DNA of 64,000 nt from Octopus bimaculoides (Eukaryota): contig NC_068995.1 of assembly GCF_001194135.2 (NCBI RefSeq), forward strand, positions 56,321,247 through 56,385,246. The letters are read 5' to 3'. This document shows positions 1 through 14,190 of the stretch, in pieces. Under the pieces are notes generated by a model, which had not been told where the DNA came from, ran no database searches, and worked only from the letters and a program-made list of their open reading frames with translations. Numbering within the stretch: the stretch's first letter is position 1; each line of letters opens with the position of its first letter. Made by a program: the position numbers and the translations under genes.

Positions 1-166
1 CACTCTCTGAGTGGTTGGCGTTAGGAAGGGCATCCAGCTGTAGAAACTCTGCCAAATCAGACTGGAGCCTGGTGTTGCCATCCGGTTTCACCAGTCCTCA
101 GTCAAATCGTCCAACCCATGCTAGCATGGAAAGCGGACGTTAAACGATGATGATGATGATGATGAT
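1..166 (+). mobile_element. Family A retroposon 3' end ((GAT)n-tailed, RTE-LINE-tail-like), young copy
   Basis: Ends in CCCATGCTAGCATGGAAAGCGGACGTTAAACGATGATGAT. By-eye identical over about 160 bp to the reverse complement of 17001-17162, and related copies occur throughout the window. Confidence 0.85.
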
Positions 167-729
167 ATATATATATATATATACCTGAGTAAGCACATAA
201 ATGTGAAACAAGGTGAGAAGAAATAGTACTTGAATACTGGAGTCAGGTGGCACTGGCAATGACAGGCAGCAGAGGTTTCATCAATGTGTTCACACAACAT
301 ACTTTGCGAGACGGTCAAAATGCTCTCTCCAACTACTACTGACCACTGCTCTTTATAAGAGTTTGGCTAGTCCATTCTTGCAATCTTCCAGGGTTGTCAA
401 TGACTCTCGCCACAATACCTACATGCACAGATGATGTCTTGGAGCAGTTGTTGTTTACTGAACTGAAAATAGTAAATATTTCCTGCAGAATAACGGTGGA
501 ATAAAATGTAATGCTGAAGCTGACTGATAAGATTTGAACTTTTTCATTAATCAATGAAATCAAGTACCTCTCAGCACGTTAACCTCGGTGCCACCTTTAC
601 AGGTGTAATAACATCACAATAAATTGTTTGAAGATGATATTAATTGGAATGGCTTGAAAGTTTGGCACAAGGCTTGTAATTTTAGGGAGTTGGAGATTTT
701 GGGGGTTGGTTGCATAATGATATATTTTA

Positions 730-935
730 GGGCAGCAAGCTGGCAGAATCATTAGCACGCCAGGTAAAATGCTTAGTGGTATTTCGTCTGCCGTTATGTT
801 CTGGGTCCAAATTCCACCTAGGCCAACTTTGCCTTTCATCCTTTAGGGTCAATTAAATAAGTACCAGTTACACACTGGGGTTGATTAAATCGACTTAATC
901 CCTTTGTTCACCCCCTTGAGGTCAATAAAGAAGTA
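730..935 (+). mobile_element. Family D tRNA-headed SINE
   Basis: A-box-like TGGCAGAATCATTAG and B-box-like GGGTCCAAATTCC. The body matches the reverse complement of 55022-55250. Confidence 0.75.
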
Positions 936-2228
936 TATATATATATTTTATGATTTAAGTTTGAATGCTTTTGAAATAAACTAAGGATTCTTGAAATACC
1001 TAAGAAGTTAAACTAAAATTTCACATCATATATTCTAAAGGATCAATAATCTTCACTGATTGTTATTATTAGTTTTGTTCATCCAAAATCTTACAAGAAG
1101 CAAATCAATTCAACAAAAGTTTTCCCCGTGCAGCATAATTCCTGTGAGTTTGCAATTCAGAAAAACTAAACCGAATATCCTTTACACAACAAGACTTCTT
1201 TGAGTATTTCACTAAATTTTTCAAAGACAACAATATAAATAAATAAACATGCAAATCACTTAAAAGTATCCTTATTTGGTGCCTGACAGAATTTCAGTAC
1301 TTCTTGGTTAATTCCATATGATCAAATAATAGTTATTGCTAGTAATGTCACTTTTTCTCTTTTTTTTTTCTATCTCTACTAGCCATATAACGTTTTCAAC
1401 AGTTACTAATTGAACTGCGACCAGGAAATAACTGTCATTTAACTAACCAAATTGAGTTAACTGGTAGAAATACAAGTTTTACATCAGCACTAAGTCTGTC
1501 TGTCTGTGTATGTGTATAAAACAGAAGGTAGTCAGGTTGCCGAGACAATGGATGTCTATTGTCAGGCTTAAGTACAGTGCTGTTATGGCCAGCATAAGTG
1601 CCAGCATTCTATATAAGTCTTTGGTAAATACCTTGCAGACAACTGCTGCTTTCTCACGCCTCTATTTACAACACTTTGGCACAAAATGAAGAGTGCACCT
1701 CTACAAGGCAGATATCTGTTACATGTCGATAAATATGTGTGTCCCTTGGAGCACAAAGTGTGTTGTTTATTGATTCTTGAAAAGAAGAAAAATATACTTC
1801 TACACATGGAATAACGAAGCTCGCTTTTAATACATTGACACCCCCCACACACACACACCATGTAACAAATAAGGAAATATACCAGTTTACTTGCACATAA
1901 ATATACTCTATATATACACGTACATATACTCTCTCTCTATATATATATACACATATAGAACAGCCATAAAAGTATAGGAGTATTTGGGATAGATGAATCC
2001 ACAAATATACACACACTTGCAGATGGATGTTAATGAGATGCTATACATATGATTATTCCAATTCTATATTTCTGATGACAAACTCAAATAAGCATAAATT
2101 AAATTTGGATAAAAAGAAAAAAAATGAGACATGTGTGTGCTATGTATATACATTTAAACACAGTTTAGATATTGTGTGCACATTACAAATAAGATATAGT
2201 TAGAACCAATAAGAGGAAGATACAAATA

Positions 2229-2272
<44 letters not shown>

Positions 2273-2339
2273 TATATATGCACATTATATATATATACAT
2301 ACATAGATATGATAAATAAATATAAATATATATACATAT

Positions 2340-2475
2340 CACTCTGCTGAGTGTTGGTGTCAGGAAGAGCATCCAACTGTAAAAATCCTGCCAAAACAGT
2401 CACAGAAGTCTGGTGCAGGCTCCTGCCTGGCCGGCTCTTGTGAAACTGTCCAACCCATACCAGCATGGAAAGCAA
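2340..2475 (+). mobile_element. Family A 3' end, diverged
   Basis: GAGTGTTGGTGTCAGGAAGAGCATCCAACTGTA...CCAACCCATACCAGCATGGAAAG aligns to 1-135. Confidence 0.65.
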
Positions 2476-2542
2476 TTTAATTTGTTATATTAGGATTTTC
2501 TGTAACAATGTCATAATGTGAGAGCTCTCTCTCTTTCTCTCC

Positions 2543-2579
<37 letters not shown>

Positions 2580-2689
2580 AATCCCTCACCTATCATGATT
2601 TATCATTTAAGCTTATGTCGATTCCTTCGTGGTGTTGCTATGCTTTTCCAAATGGAGTAACCAAGGAACTTTCGTATAGCAAAACACCA

Positions 2690-2992
2690 GTTCCTGTCCC
2701 AAAACCACTTGTCATGATACAACTCCTCCTACTTCCGTTGAAGGGTCATGTCTTGCAAATTGCATGGTAACTTCACTAGTACCAGTGCCATGGAAAAGGT
2801 ACCCTGTACACTCTGTAAAGTGGTTGGCATTAGGAAGGGACGTCCAGTCAAAGAAACTGTGCCATATGGAGCTTGTTGCAGTCCTTAGGCTTGTTAGCTC
2901 CTGTTGAACAATCCAACCCATACCAGCATGGAAAAGGACATTAAATGATGATGATGATGATGATAATGATAATTATGATGATGATGATGATG
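2690..2992 (+). mobile_element. Family A-related 3' end with (GAT)n tail
   Basis: AAGTGGTTGGCATTAGGAAGGG...CCAACCCATACCAGCATGGAAAAGGACATTAAATGATGATG. Confidence 0.7.
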
Positions 2993-3927
2993 TTTGGATA
3001 TAATTGATCAAAAAGTAAGGCCATATCTGACATGTAACAATTGTGGGGAAACACCAAACATTTGATCAGATAATTTTCATGTTTTGTATCTTGCAGATCA
3101 ATCTAGCAAGCACCAATTTCTTGTATCAGAATTATATAGATCAGACTTTCTTCTCTGACATATCTGAACATCAGAAAACTTAATTAGTTCAAGCTAAAGG
3201 GCCACAAACACAAAGTCTATTGATATTTTATTGCTTTATGACATTATTCTTAAGTTATAGCACGCAAAAAAAAATAAAATAAAATAAACAAAAGAAACAG
3301 AAGAGCAGAAACAAAAAGAAAAAAATAACTAACCAAAAAAAGACAAAAGAAAAATACCTAAAAAACAAAAAAGAAAGAAAATAGTGGCGAGATACGTTAG
3401 GGCAAGGGCATATATCTATGGGATAACTGGAATCAATAATCAATTTTAACCAATAATGTAGAACGATAAAAAGAAAAAATAATTCAATAAATATTTTTTA
3501 CTTTAACATTTTGTTTTGCTTATAAAAGTTGAACAATCTGTATCTACATAAGAGCATTGTGTTAGCCTCATTGTAGAATGCTTCAATAAGCGCTTCCTCA
3601 TCACAAGACCAAAATAAGGCAGAAAACAAACAAAAAAACAAAAGAAACAAGATAAATGAAAATAAACACAGCTAAACAGCTTTTTAGCATCATATTCCTT
3701 GCACACACACACACACACACACACAACACACACACATATACATGAATGCGTACATATACAGTTTATCTCTGTTTCTGGGGGCCAGCGCTAAGCATAAAAC
3801 ATTTCTGTTTGACCGAATAGCAAAACAGTTAGCGTGCTGCCGTTTATTATCATTACCATTATTGTTACTGTTATCATGGTTAATGCTATCACCATCACCA
3901 TCATCATCACCATCACATCATCATCAC

Positions 3928-3961
<34 letters not shown>

Positions 3962-4734
3962 TTCTAGAAAATTTTTCTATGCACAGGTCAAAAACTTAGC
4001 TGGAAAAAGAAGGAAAAAAACTATAATTTTGTTTACATGTCTCTTCATCAGTGACATATGGGCAAAGAAGGAATTATTAAGTGATGTGGGTCCCAATAAA
4101 AAAAAACTAAGAAAAACCCCAAAAACTAAGAAAATATATTAAAAAAAAATTAAAAAGTATATTTAGCTAATACAGCCTAAAGAGAAAGCAACAGACCTTT
4201 AAATAATACAAGCATATCCCATTATTGGCAGTTAATAATTGTTTTTTGTTTGTTTTGTCTTCTGGGTGATGTAGTGGAAGTGAGCCATGTTAGAATTACC
4301 AAAGTCCATTCTCTATTGAGACACAATTTTTTTTTCATTTTCAGTAATGTCAAATGGTACCTTACCAAAATATATGTTTCAAATAGTTTTTATATAACAG
4401 TTTTTTAAATTTTTTTCCTATACCAACATTGGTTACATGTTTCAAATTCAGATATTTTCATGAATTATTCAAGCAAAATGCTTTAATGCTGGATGTCCTT
4501 TCTTACACCAACAACTCAACCATGAACTAGGATTGACACCCTTCAATGAGCATCAAAATTATTCAGACTATATAATATATATATATGCATATATGCATAC
4601 ACAAAGGCATACATATGTATGTGTGTATGTATGTATGTATGCATACATGCATGCATGTGTGCATATGTATGGTATGTATGTATACATGCATGCATATGTA
4701 TGTATGTATGTATGTATGTATGCATGCATGCATT

Positions 4735-4990
4735 TAGCAGAGACATGTGGCTTAGCGGTTAGGCTATTGGACTCATGATGGTAAGACTGTGGTTTCAATA
4801 CCTGGACTGTGCAAAGTGTTGTGTCCTTGAGCAAAACACTTCATTTCATGTTGCTCCAGTCCACTCAGCTGGCAAAAATGAGTCTCTCCCTGTGATGGGT
4901 CAGCATCCTGTCCAGGGTGGAGTGTATACACCAGAGAATGCAGGAAACTGGCCCCGTGAGTCTGTATAATTCATAAGGGGCTTCATGCTT
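4735..4990 (+). mobile_element. Family C tRNA-headed SINE
   Basis: TGGCTTAGCGGTTAG head and GGTTTCAATACC B-box-like motif. The core TGTCCTTGAGCAAAACACTTCATTTCATGTTGCTCCAGTCCACTCAGCTGGCAAAAATGAG is shared with 25595-25830 and the reverse complement of 30520-30800. Confidence 0.75.
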
Positions 4991-5379
4991 TATCCCTGTA
5001 AGTATGCAAGCAGGTATATGCATATATATAGAGAGAAATAGCTTGCAAGAGACTACCAAAATGAGAAATAGCTTGCAAGACAAAGACCTTTTAGTTGAGA
5101 GAACCAAGGGAAGTTGCTGTGTCTGATAAGAAGTTAGGGGACAACAAAGCGACAGAGATAGTTGTTTTGTCATATAGGAGATACTTGGCTATTCCAGTAG
5201 GGGACACACACACACATATGTATGTATACATAAACACATGCACCTATATGCATACACAAATGTACATAAATGTACTTGTCTGTTAAAAACACAAGGTGCA
5301 TCTCAGGCTGCCAGTGGATCACCAGACATAGTAGTTTCATCTAATCTCCTCAGTGACAAATTGCTGATTGACATGTTAA

Positions 5380-5500
5380 ATATTGTAATCCTATATATCC
5401 CTAAAAGACTGGATGGTCACATTTGGAATGACTTTAGTAATAGGCCTTGAATGATACTCGGAGGGTGGGTAGTAGTTAAACAATATTAATTCAACAGTTC
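5380..5500 (+). repeat. Family F interspersed repeat, diverged
   Basis: GGATGGTCAC...GGAATGACTTTAGTAATAGG resembles motifs at about 8190-8380, 16690-16760 (reverse complement) and 43240-43390. Confidence 0.35.
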
Positions 5501-5842
5501 AGGTAAGATAAAATTTATAGAGAGACACTGAAATATTTGGACGGGTCTGTAACATTTAAGCTATATATTTACAAACATATATGGACCTATATATGGATAT
5601 TATATACAGATATACATACACACTTACAAATATACAATTATTAACACATTTAAGAACAAAATGAAAAGTGAAATAAAATATACTTTTGCCAATGCTCTCA
5701 CATGTACATAAAATATACATTGACAAAACAAGCTATCGGAACCAGTAGAAATGAAGGATAAAATTCAAATTATATATATATCTATATGTATGTATGCTTA
5801 TATATATATATATATATATATGATGCTTATATNNNNNNNNNN

Positions 5843-5893
<51 letters not shown>

Positions 5894-7601
5894 AATTTAT
5901 ATATACATATATGTACGTAAACAATTCCAGAAATTCAGATGCAAGAAAGAGACACAGGCATAAGGCATTGTTATTACATATATGAAAGAATACTATTTTA
6001 TTTTTTTTATATTTCTTTTAATAAAAAAAAAAAAACACTTAAATATGTACACAACCCTTGCGCAAACTACACTTAAAAGTGAAACACTGAACTTCTGCAA
6101 TAAATTTCAACTTGTATGTATTATTTTGAAATAAACGAAAACTAATACAAGAAGTTGTAGAGATGATTCTATAAAAGTTCTTATATGTTTATACTCGTTG
6201 CAATCTAATTTTATGTTTACCTTGCTGCTCGTATATATATGTATGTATAAATATGTATGTATGTATTTGTGTGTGTGTATATAGGTAAGATCAGGTATCA
6301 GGTTCTTGGTATTTCTTTAGGTATATTTTATTTTATTTAAATATATTTTTTGAATATAAATAATTGTTTATCAATATCAGAATTTTTATTTATCAAAGTT
6401 TTGTTGTTTATCCCTTGAAAAGAAGATCCATTCAGACATATTTTAATACAGTATATCCATAACTATATCTGAAGATGTGGAAAGACACTTAAATGCATAT
6501 ATGTGCACATAGAAGAGATATATATTATAAAGAAAGGAAAGGAAAAATGTGACATTTATATAGATATATAAATATTCTCTTAAATTCTTACAATTTTTTT
6601 TCTTTTTCTTTTTTTTCTGAATCAGTTCTATATGTTATTCTGTTATTCCAAACATGCAGTTGTTCAAAAATATATATATAAAAAAAAAAAAAGAAAAAGT
6701 TCTTCACATCTTCCTGATATTTTCCAACAAAACTCCCACAATATCATGCATAAAAAGACAGAGGGGAAGAAGAAATATTTGTCCAGTGCATAAAGTTTAT
6801 GATTTTCTTCCCCTTTAATTATAGAGAAAAAAATGTGAAAAATCAACATTTTTTCACTATTAATTACATGCAATGATGAAAGATATATTTTTTCTATATT
6901 TTTATTTTTATTTTATCCTCTATGCCAGTAGCAAATGTCTGAAGAAAACGGTGACAACACACATAAACACTCAGTAAAAAATACTCATAAATTCATAAAG
7001 TAACTTGGCCTTCGTTTTATGGTAAGTCAAACTGAACTGAACACTGTCTTCTGCAAAGTTTGAAGCTATCGTTTCTTTACTATTATTGTCATTGTTGTTG
7101 TTGTTGTTATTATTATTATTATTATTATTTAAAAACAAATGTATAGGTAAAATAAACATGAAGTACAGTAGGTTGCAATACTGATTATATATAAAGAAAT
7201 GGTATTGGCTTATCATATACAGAAAGAAAGAGGTACAGAGACAGAAATACGTACACACATGCATACACATATGATGGAACAAAAGCCAATAAAGAATGCA
7301 ATGATTTTTTCCCAATTGAAGAATTAATATTGCCCATCGGTCAAAGAAATGAAGAAGATAAGTTCAAAAATCATTTTAGATATAAAATTTTTTTTCCTGG
7401 AAGTTTGAAAAAAAGGAAATGGCTAAGATATAAAGAAAAAAAATCAACATCATAAAATAGCATTTGATTTTGTGTCACAACAGTTAGCCTGCAATATATA
7501 TGTTTTAACATAGCTGTAGCCATTTTGCTATACTTGCATAAATGCATACAAACATGTGTGCATGCATGAATATATACTATCAAAAGCATTACCTACCTAC
7601 C

Positions 7602-7640
<39 letters not shown>

Positions 7641-8583
7641 ATTTTATATATTATATAAATGTGTGTGAATATAAGTATGTTCACATATATACTTTCCAGA
7701 GAGAGGAAAGAACACATTCTGTATTATTGGTGATACAGTTTTGAGTTCAAAACTTGCTGCAAACATGGTTGAGTGCTTTAAAAACTATTTATCTCTTTGA
7801 CTATTGTTTGCAAAGTTGAAAATATATACACCATTTCAAAGTTTTACATTCATAAATAAATATCTAGCTTCATGTAAATCTACTTTTTAGAGGTGCTGAA
7901 ATGAGAAAGGGAATGGAAGATTGGAGGGCAATCATCTTCCACTTTGCCCTCAAATGTAGTTGTAAACAGCTGTAAAATTTCTTCTTGATTACCATACCTG
8001 AAAATTAAGGTGCTTTTGCTCCTTGGAACTGAGACTCTTACTACTACACCACTGGTGCTTTCCCATAGTAAAACAATTATGAAAACATGGGTACATGTAT
8101 GCACACACATTCACACATACACAAGCATATATGTGCATACACACACAGAGGTGTGTGTATACAGATGAGCACATACAAAACCTCTGCATGGTTAGTTGAC
8201 CTATTATAAGTAGCAGCTAAATCTCTCTCAAATCACTTCATCATTAAATAGAGAAGAATGTCTTGAACAATGTAATCTTAGAAACATTAAAATGGAGGGA
8301 TAATCCAGATTAGTGCATCTTTGATCATAAATCCATGAATCCATTTAAGTAAACTTGAACAGAGTTAAAAGTTAAAACATTATTTAAATTCAATTAAACC
8401 TTGGGAGAGGCATTATGCCGGTAATAAACACACGCACTGGTTCAGTCCTTTATTAATTTATATAGTTTTTTGTTAAATTATTTCATTGCACTCTTGCAAT
8501 CTCTTCAGTAACTTGTTTCTCCACTTCCATTTATTTAAATTGCTTTTGAAGAAATCTTTTTAAAATATAACTCAATAATTTTA

Positions 8584-8749
8584 GGTGTGACTGTGTTGTT
8601 AGAAGACTACTTCCTAACCACATGGTTCTGGGTTCAGTCCCACTGTGTGGTGTCTTGTGCAAGTGCCTCCTACTGTAGACCTGGGCCAACAAAAGCCTTG
8701 AGAGTAGATTTGGTGGACAGAAAGTGAAAGCAACCTATCAAATATATAA

Positions 8750-8786
<37 letters not shown>

Positions 8787-8978
8787 TTTGATTGTGCCCC
8801 ATCATTGCTTAACAACCAGTGTCAGATTATTTACATCCATGTGACCTAGCGGTTTGGCAAAGAGTTCAACAGAATAAGTACCAGGCTTATAAAAATAAGA
8901 AAATAAGCACTAGGCTTGATTTGTTTGACTAAAACCTTCTTGGCTGCAGTCCAATGAATGAAACAAGTAAAAGAATAA
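8584..8978 (+). mobile_element. Family B tRNA-headed SINE, near full length, with internal (TG)n
   Basis: B-box GGTTCAGTCCC, CCAACAAAAGCCTTGAGAGTAGATTTGGTGGACAGAAAGTGAAAG body, and tail ending GAAACAAGTAAAAGAATAAA. Many homologous copies lie in the window. Confidence 0.85.
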
Positions 8979-9544
8979 ATTACTGTGTGTTACGTTTACC
9001 TTGGATTTGTATTCAATTATTTTTGTTCCAATAAAATATCTTATAAAAACACTAGCATAAAAAAACCGCCCTTCAGACAGTTTCCTGCTACTTGCTGCTA
9101 AATTATATTTGATTCTCAGCTTATGTAATTTTCCTGATAATTCACATCTCATTTTTCTTTGTATCTTTTATTTGTCTAATAATACTCATTCACTCAGAAG
9201 AAAAAAACAAATTAGGGCATAACTACACAAGTGTGACCTCACTGACTTTGTTTCCTCATATCTTTCTCAAAGCTAATTACTAAGCAACTGTCCTTATTAT
9301 AGTATAGATTTAAACTGTTTTTTGTACATATTTGTATTACTGTTTGTGATATAATGCTTACCTAAAATTTTGGAAATTTTGGAATTTTAAGAACATTTAT
9401 CAATCACAAATAAAATAATGTTTTATGCATAACTATATGTGTGTGTGTGTGTATAAATTTTTATATGAATATACATATATATATAAATTCATATATATAA
9501 TATACATATATCAATATGTACATATATGTATACATCTGTATATG

Positions 9545-9611
<67 letters not shown>

Positions 9612-10036
9612 GTAAGTATATATAAATATGTACATATCAACTAAAAACCAGCTTAATAGAGAATGTTAACAGTTTACCTGCATATTCTAAAGTCTTCAAT
9701 TAACTAATTGCTTCATAATGAATCTCACATATGTTGGAAATACTGCAAACGCATCCATTCTTAAAGTACTTAAATACTTTAGAGAAATGTCTTTTACCTA
9801 TTCACCATGTGTCCAACTAATTTCATGCACAGTAAGATTCTTTAAAGACATTTTCAGAGAGTCAGTTCTAGTGGATGCTGATAGTTCTTAATTTTAGTGA
9901 GAATGCTACTTTACACATGGAAGAGATATCTCTTCAAATATCTAAACATTGATAAGACGAGATAATATTAGTATAGAAGGCCATTAGTAAGATTCTGGGA
10001 ATTTTATGTTCAATTAAACAGTAATGATAGATACTC

Positions 10037-10398
10037 AGGCGTGTTGTGGCTGTGTGGTAGGAAGTTTGCTTCCAAAGTACATAGTTCTGGGTTCAGTTCC
10101 ATTGTGTGGCACCATGGGTAAATGTTTTGCACCATAGCCTAGGGTCAACCAAAGCCTTGTGAGTGAATTTGGTAGATGGAAACCAAAAGAACACTGTTGT
10201 ATGTATGTATGTGCTTGTTCCCCAACCACTGCTTGACAACTGGTGTTGGTGTGTTTATGTCCCCATAACTTAGCGGTTTGGCAAAAGAGAATGATAGAAT
10301 AAGTACTAGGAGTTGAATTGTTCAATTAAAACCCTTCAAGGCAGTGCTCCAGCATGGCCGCAGTCATATGACTGAAGCAAGGAAAAAGATAAAAAGAT
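10037..10398 (+). mobile_element. Family B SINE, near full length
   Basis: TGGCTGTGTGGTAGG A-box, GGTTCAGTTCC B-box, and tail CTCCAGCATGGCCGCAGTC...GACTGAAGCAAG. Confidence 0.85.
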
Positions 10399-11789
10399 GA
10401 AAGATATATGCATGTGTGTGTGGGGGGGGGGTACAAGCATAGCTATGTGACACCTTGGGTAAACATGTTCTTGGCTGACCAATGCCCTGTGAATATGTAT
10501 ACATACACACACATGTGCATATATTAACATCTTAGAATGTTGGACAGGATACATTGCAGTATTTGTTCCAATTCCTTGTGTCCTGAGTTCAAATCCTACA
10601 CTAGCTTACTTGGAATTCAAACTTAACCATTTCCTACTTTAATATCACTACCCAGTCCTTGGATGTCTTTAGAGGTGGTTCCTGGTGCAGACACTCAAGT
10701 GAAGACTCTAGTTTAATGATAACTTCCCCGGACAGAGCGTTTGTGTAGAGAAAATCTGCCTCAGTGAATTCCATCTAACCCATGCTGGCAAGGAAAAGTG
10801 GATGTTAAAACCATGAAGGTATAAATTCAGTGCAAAAATTGAATCACTGGTATTTAGCTTAAAACTTCAGCCATTATTCAATATTAAACTGGAGTAAATG
10901 CAGTCACAAGCAAACATCCATAAATGTACGTAAGTACCAATTAATTGGTACTATTTTCATTCACAGAGAAGTAATGACATCAGTATAACCTTCTTGCTGT
11001 TAAGTAAACATGGGTAGGCTGAAAGCATTTTCAGACCAACACAATTCTGTAAATAGAGTTTTGAAAAGGCTTTGGTTCTAAGATGAAACTCCTAAGCTAC
11101 AGACAAGAATTTATGAATGGATGTTCTCTAGTAGAAGAATGAGAATTTTGAAGCCATTGTTCTTATTTTCACACAAATTCTCTTTTATATAACTCAGGGT
11201 CGAATTTATACTGAATTGACTACAATGCATTCTCAAGCAGTTATGTTACTACTGCATGAGTATCTTTTTCTCAACTGAAATGAATAGCTTCACCTTGTTA
11301 CCATTCTCTTAACCTTTCTCTCTTTTACTAAGTTTATTTCTTGAATATTTCTCAGATATATTCCATTGTCGTAGATATGATAATTAAGCAGCTATAGTGA
11401 CATTAAATAAATTAGGGTCATTCTACACAAAGATACTGGATACCAAGAAGAGGAGATAATCTAGATTTGGTGACACTTCACATGGCTACAAATATTTCGT
11501 TGCTCAGTGGACAAGAATTTTCAGAGAATCAGGTTGCTGGATAGTTACAAGACTCCTGACTATTGAGTTCTTTCCTTAAACTTTCTACAATATTTTAAAG
11601 AATGATTTATATTGAACAGCTATGAAAATTTTTAAGCACAGCTGTTTCAGCTCCATCAATTCGTGCTGCTGATTCAATGCTGACTTATTTGACCTCAGAC
11701 ATTTTAATGTTTCTCTTGTTCTCTCTCTCTCTCTCTCTCTACACTTATGTGTGAACACACACATATATACATATACACACATGCTAGTA

Positions 11790-12000
11790 CCCCCTGACTG
11801 GCTCCTGTGCCGGTGGCAAGTAAAAAGCACCCACTACACTCTCAGAGTGATTGGCGTTAGGAAGGGCATCCAGCCATAGAAACATTGCCAGATCATATTG
11901 AAGCCTGGTGCAGCTGATGGCTTTCCAGACCTCAGTCAAAGCATCCAACCCATGCCAGCATGGAAAACGGACATTAAACGATAATGATGATGATGATGGT
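11790..12000 (+). mobile_element. Family A 3' end
   Basis: TAAAAAGCACCCACTACACTCTCAGAGTGATTGGCGTTAGGAAGGG...AGCATGGAAAACGGACATTAAACGATAATGATG. Confidence 0.85.
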
Positions 12001-12204
12001 GGTGGTGGTGGTATGCATATATGCATGTGTATATGCATACATGTATGTATAGACACACACACACAATCTCAATATTGACACATGCATTAAAGTAAACAAC
12101 TTTGATGAAGAGAACTGTTGATATAAAAATATAAATCTTTAGAACATCCAAACTGGATTTGTACCAACATTAAAGTTCAGTTGTTTTTGAAGAGTGATTA
12201 TTCG

Positions 12205-12254
<50 letters not shown>

Positions 12255-12764
12255 CGATATTGAACAGAAATGTAAATTTTATACTGGGTTGATCTAGATG
12301 GAGGCTGCACACTATAAATTACCATGTCTAGAGAAGAGATGGGGGTACCCCCACCAAAAAAGAGTAGATTCAAAACATGTTTTATGGATGCTTAGCCAAA
12401 ACTTTTACCAAAGAATCAATTACAGATTAGCAACTGTTCCACCTGAAGAATGACAAGAGTTCTCTTCCAACACTTCCTTTATTTGATCAATAATGGTATA
12501 TTATCGCTTATATTAAAAAGTAGCCAGGACTTTGCTGATGGAGGTTACTCCTTCCTCAAATTGCATCTGATAAGATTTCCTTCATCCTCTGATTTCAAAA
12601 TTTCTTTTTTTCCCTTCAAATGGAGACATGATGTCTGATGAAATTGTAGTTGAATATCAGCAAACCTCTCAGACTCAATTCATAAGAAAGTCACTCGCTT
12701 GATTTACAAATTCTTTCAGAATTTGGCCCATTACTTTAATGTCTCTTTCTTTCATTTGCTGTCT

Positions 12765-13415
12765 TTTTATCTTCTATCTTTTATTAGACTGTGGCCATGC
12801 TGGGGCAATGCCTTGGAGAATTTTTGGTCAAATGAATCAATTCCAGGACTTAGTTATTTTAAACCTGGTATTTGTTCCATTGGTCACTTTTCCTGAACCA
12901 ATACGTTATGGGGACATAAACACACTAACACCAGTTGGTCAAGCATTGAGGGGGGGGGGGGCAAACACAAACACAAAGACTCACATGCATAAATAGATAG
13001 ATTGATGCAAAAATTTAGATTCAGATGAATATGGTACTTAAGTTGAGGCACCAGAATTTAGTACGGTATTATCCATACAATTTCAAAATAAGGTGATTAA
13101 AATCAAAATAAGCATCAAGGATATCCAGAGGTAATGCAGTATGATCGTTTCAAGCAACTCCATTTAATTGAACAATGCAATCATTACATCAATCCTCAGC
13201 TGCATAAAGATGATAGATAGATTGATCGATAGATAGATAGATCCATACATACAGACACTGGACTTCTTTCAGTTTCCATCTACTGAATCCACTGACAAGA
13301 CTTTGGTTGGTCTGAGGCTATAGTAGAGGACACTTGACCAATGTTCTATGCAGTGGGACTGAACCTAAAACCATGTGGTTGGGAAGCAAACTGCATAACC
13401 ATGCAATCATGCCTC
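12765..13415 (-). mobile_element. Family B SINE, with tail (12765-12975) and head (13250-13415) separated by an unrelated segment of about 230 bp
   Basis: The two parts are reverse complements of the family B tail and head, in collinear order. Confidence 0.7.
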
Positions 13416-13699
13416 TTTAAGTTAAAGATCAACTATTCAGATCTTCAGATTCTCTGTCCTTGTGGCCCAAGAGAACCCCTATGAGCAACCATGATGTATT
13501 CATGAAGGAGGTAGCCCAAAATAGCATCCACCGGCATGAAATAGTCATGACCCTGTACTCCGTATAGAGTAATGTGGATTAATATATAAATATATAACAA
13601 CATTATGTAACAACACAGCAGGATATAAATACAACTGTAGACCAGCAAAACTTAGGCGTGGACCACTGTGGTACTAACTCTAATAAAGATTGTCTCAGA

Positions 13700-14190
13700 A
13701 GAGATTGTGGAAGATGATTCTAGGCAGAGAGATGAGGGATGGTAAGCAAGATGAGAAGAACTGGCTTTTAGTTGTGAAAGGGTGGTAGAGGAGAGCAAGC
13801 AACAGAAGGAATTTTGAAATAGTAACTCCACTGTTGGATGTTTTACATAGCACCGAACACTTTACCATTCTGTAGGAACATTGTCTGAATGTTCAACTAG
13901 ATTATTTGGAACTAGTGGCACATTCTCTCTCAAAGTACAATATGAATCCAAAGCAATTTCAATTTACAATCTTATAACGGAGAAGTGTTACAAAGAAAAT
14001 GTAATAATCTATAAGAGAGGAAAATGATAAAAAGAAGCTGCCTCTTGTTGGGGAAGATTTCAGTCCCAAAACATGATTAAATGAATACAAAAGAGGATGA
14101 ATTGAAGTGTGAGGTTGTAGTTTGGTAAACAGAGGGAATGATTTGATTAGAAATTATGGAAGTATGAATTCAGCACACATATCTGATTAA
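13700..14190 (+). mobile_element. Possible decayed LINE APE-type endonuclease fragment
   Basis: Stop-ridden translations give pieces resembling RKDR..GGG(L/V)..VK (13727-13780), ISIYNL (about 13955) and LVGEDFS for GDFN (about 14045), in the expected order. The match is weak. Confidence 0.3.

Noticed and set aside
5031-5080. 18-bp direct repeat GAGAAATAGCTTGCAAGA
   Set aside because: It is a simple local duplication with only about 12 bp between copies, not a TSD around an element.
5238-5510. Short ORFs and a CAG|GTAAGA donor at about 5503
   Set aside because: They overlap a diverged family F repeat and the peptide is not recognisable.
7880-8110. Minus-strand ORF YGNQEEILQLFTTTFEGKVEDD behind TTTTCAG
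   Set aside because: There is no usable donor before the stop and no recognisable homology.
8584-8660. tRNA-like A/B boxes here and in other SINE heads
   Set aside because: They are followed by SINE bodies and show no complete cloverleaf, so they are not tRNA genes.
12380-12740. Purine-rich minus-strand stretch that looks like decayed coding sequence
   Set aside because: Stops occur in all frames and I could not tie any motif to a family.
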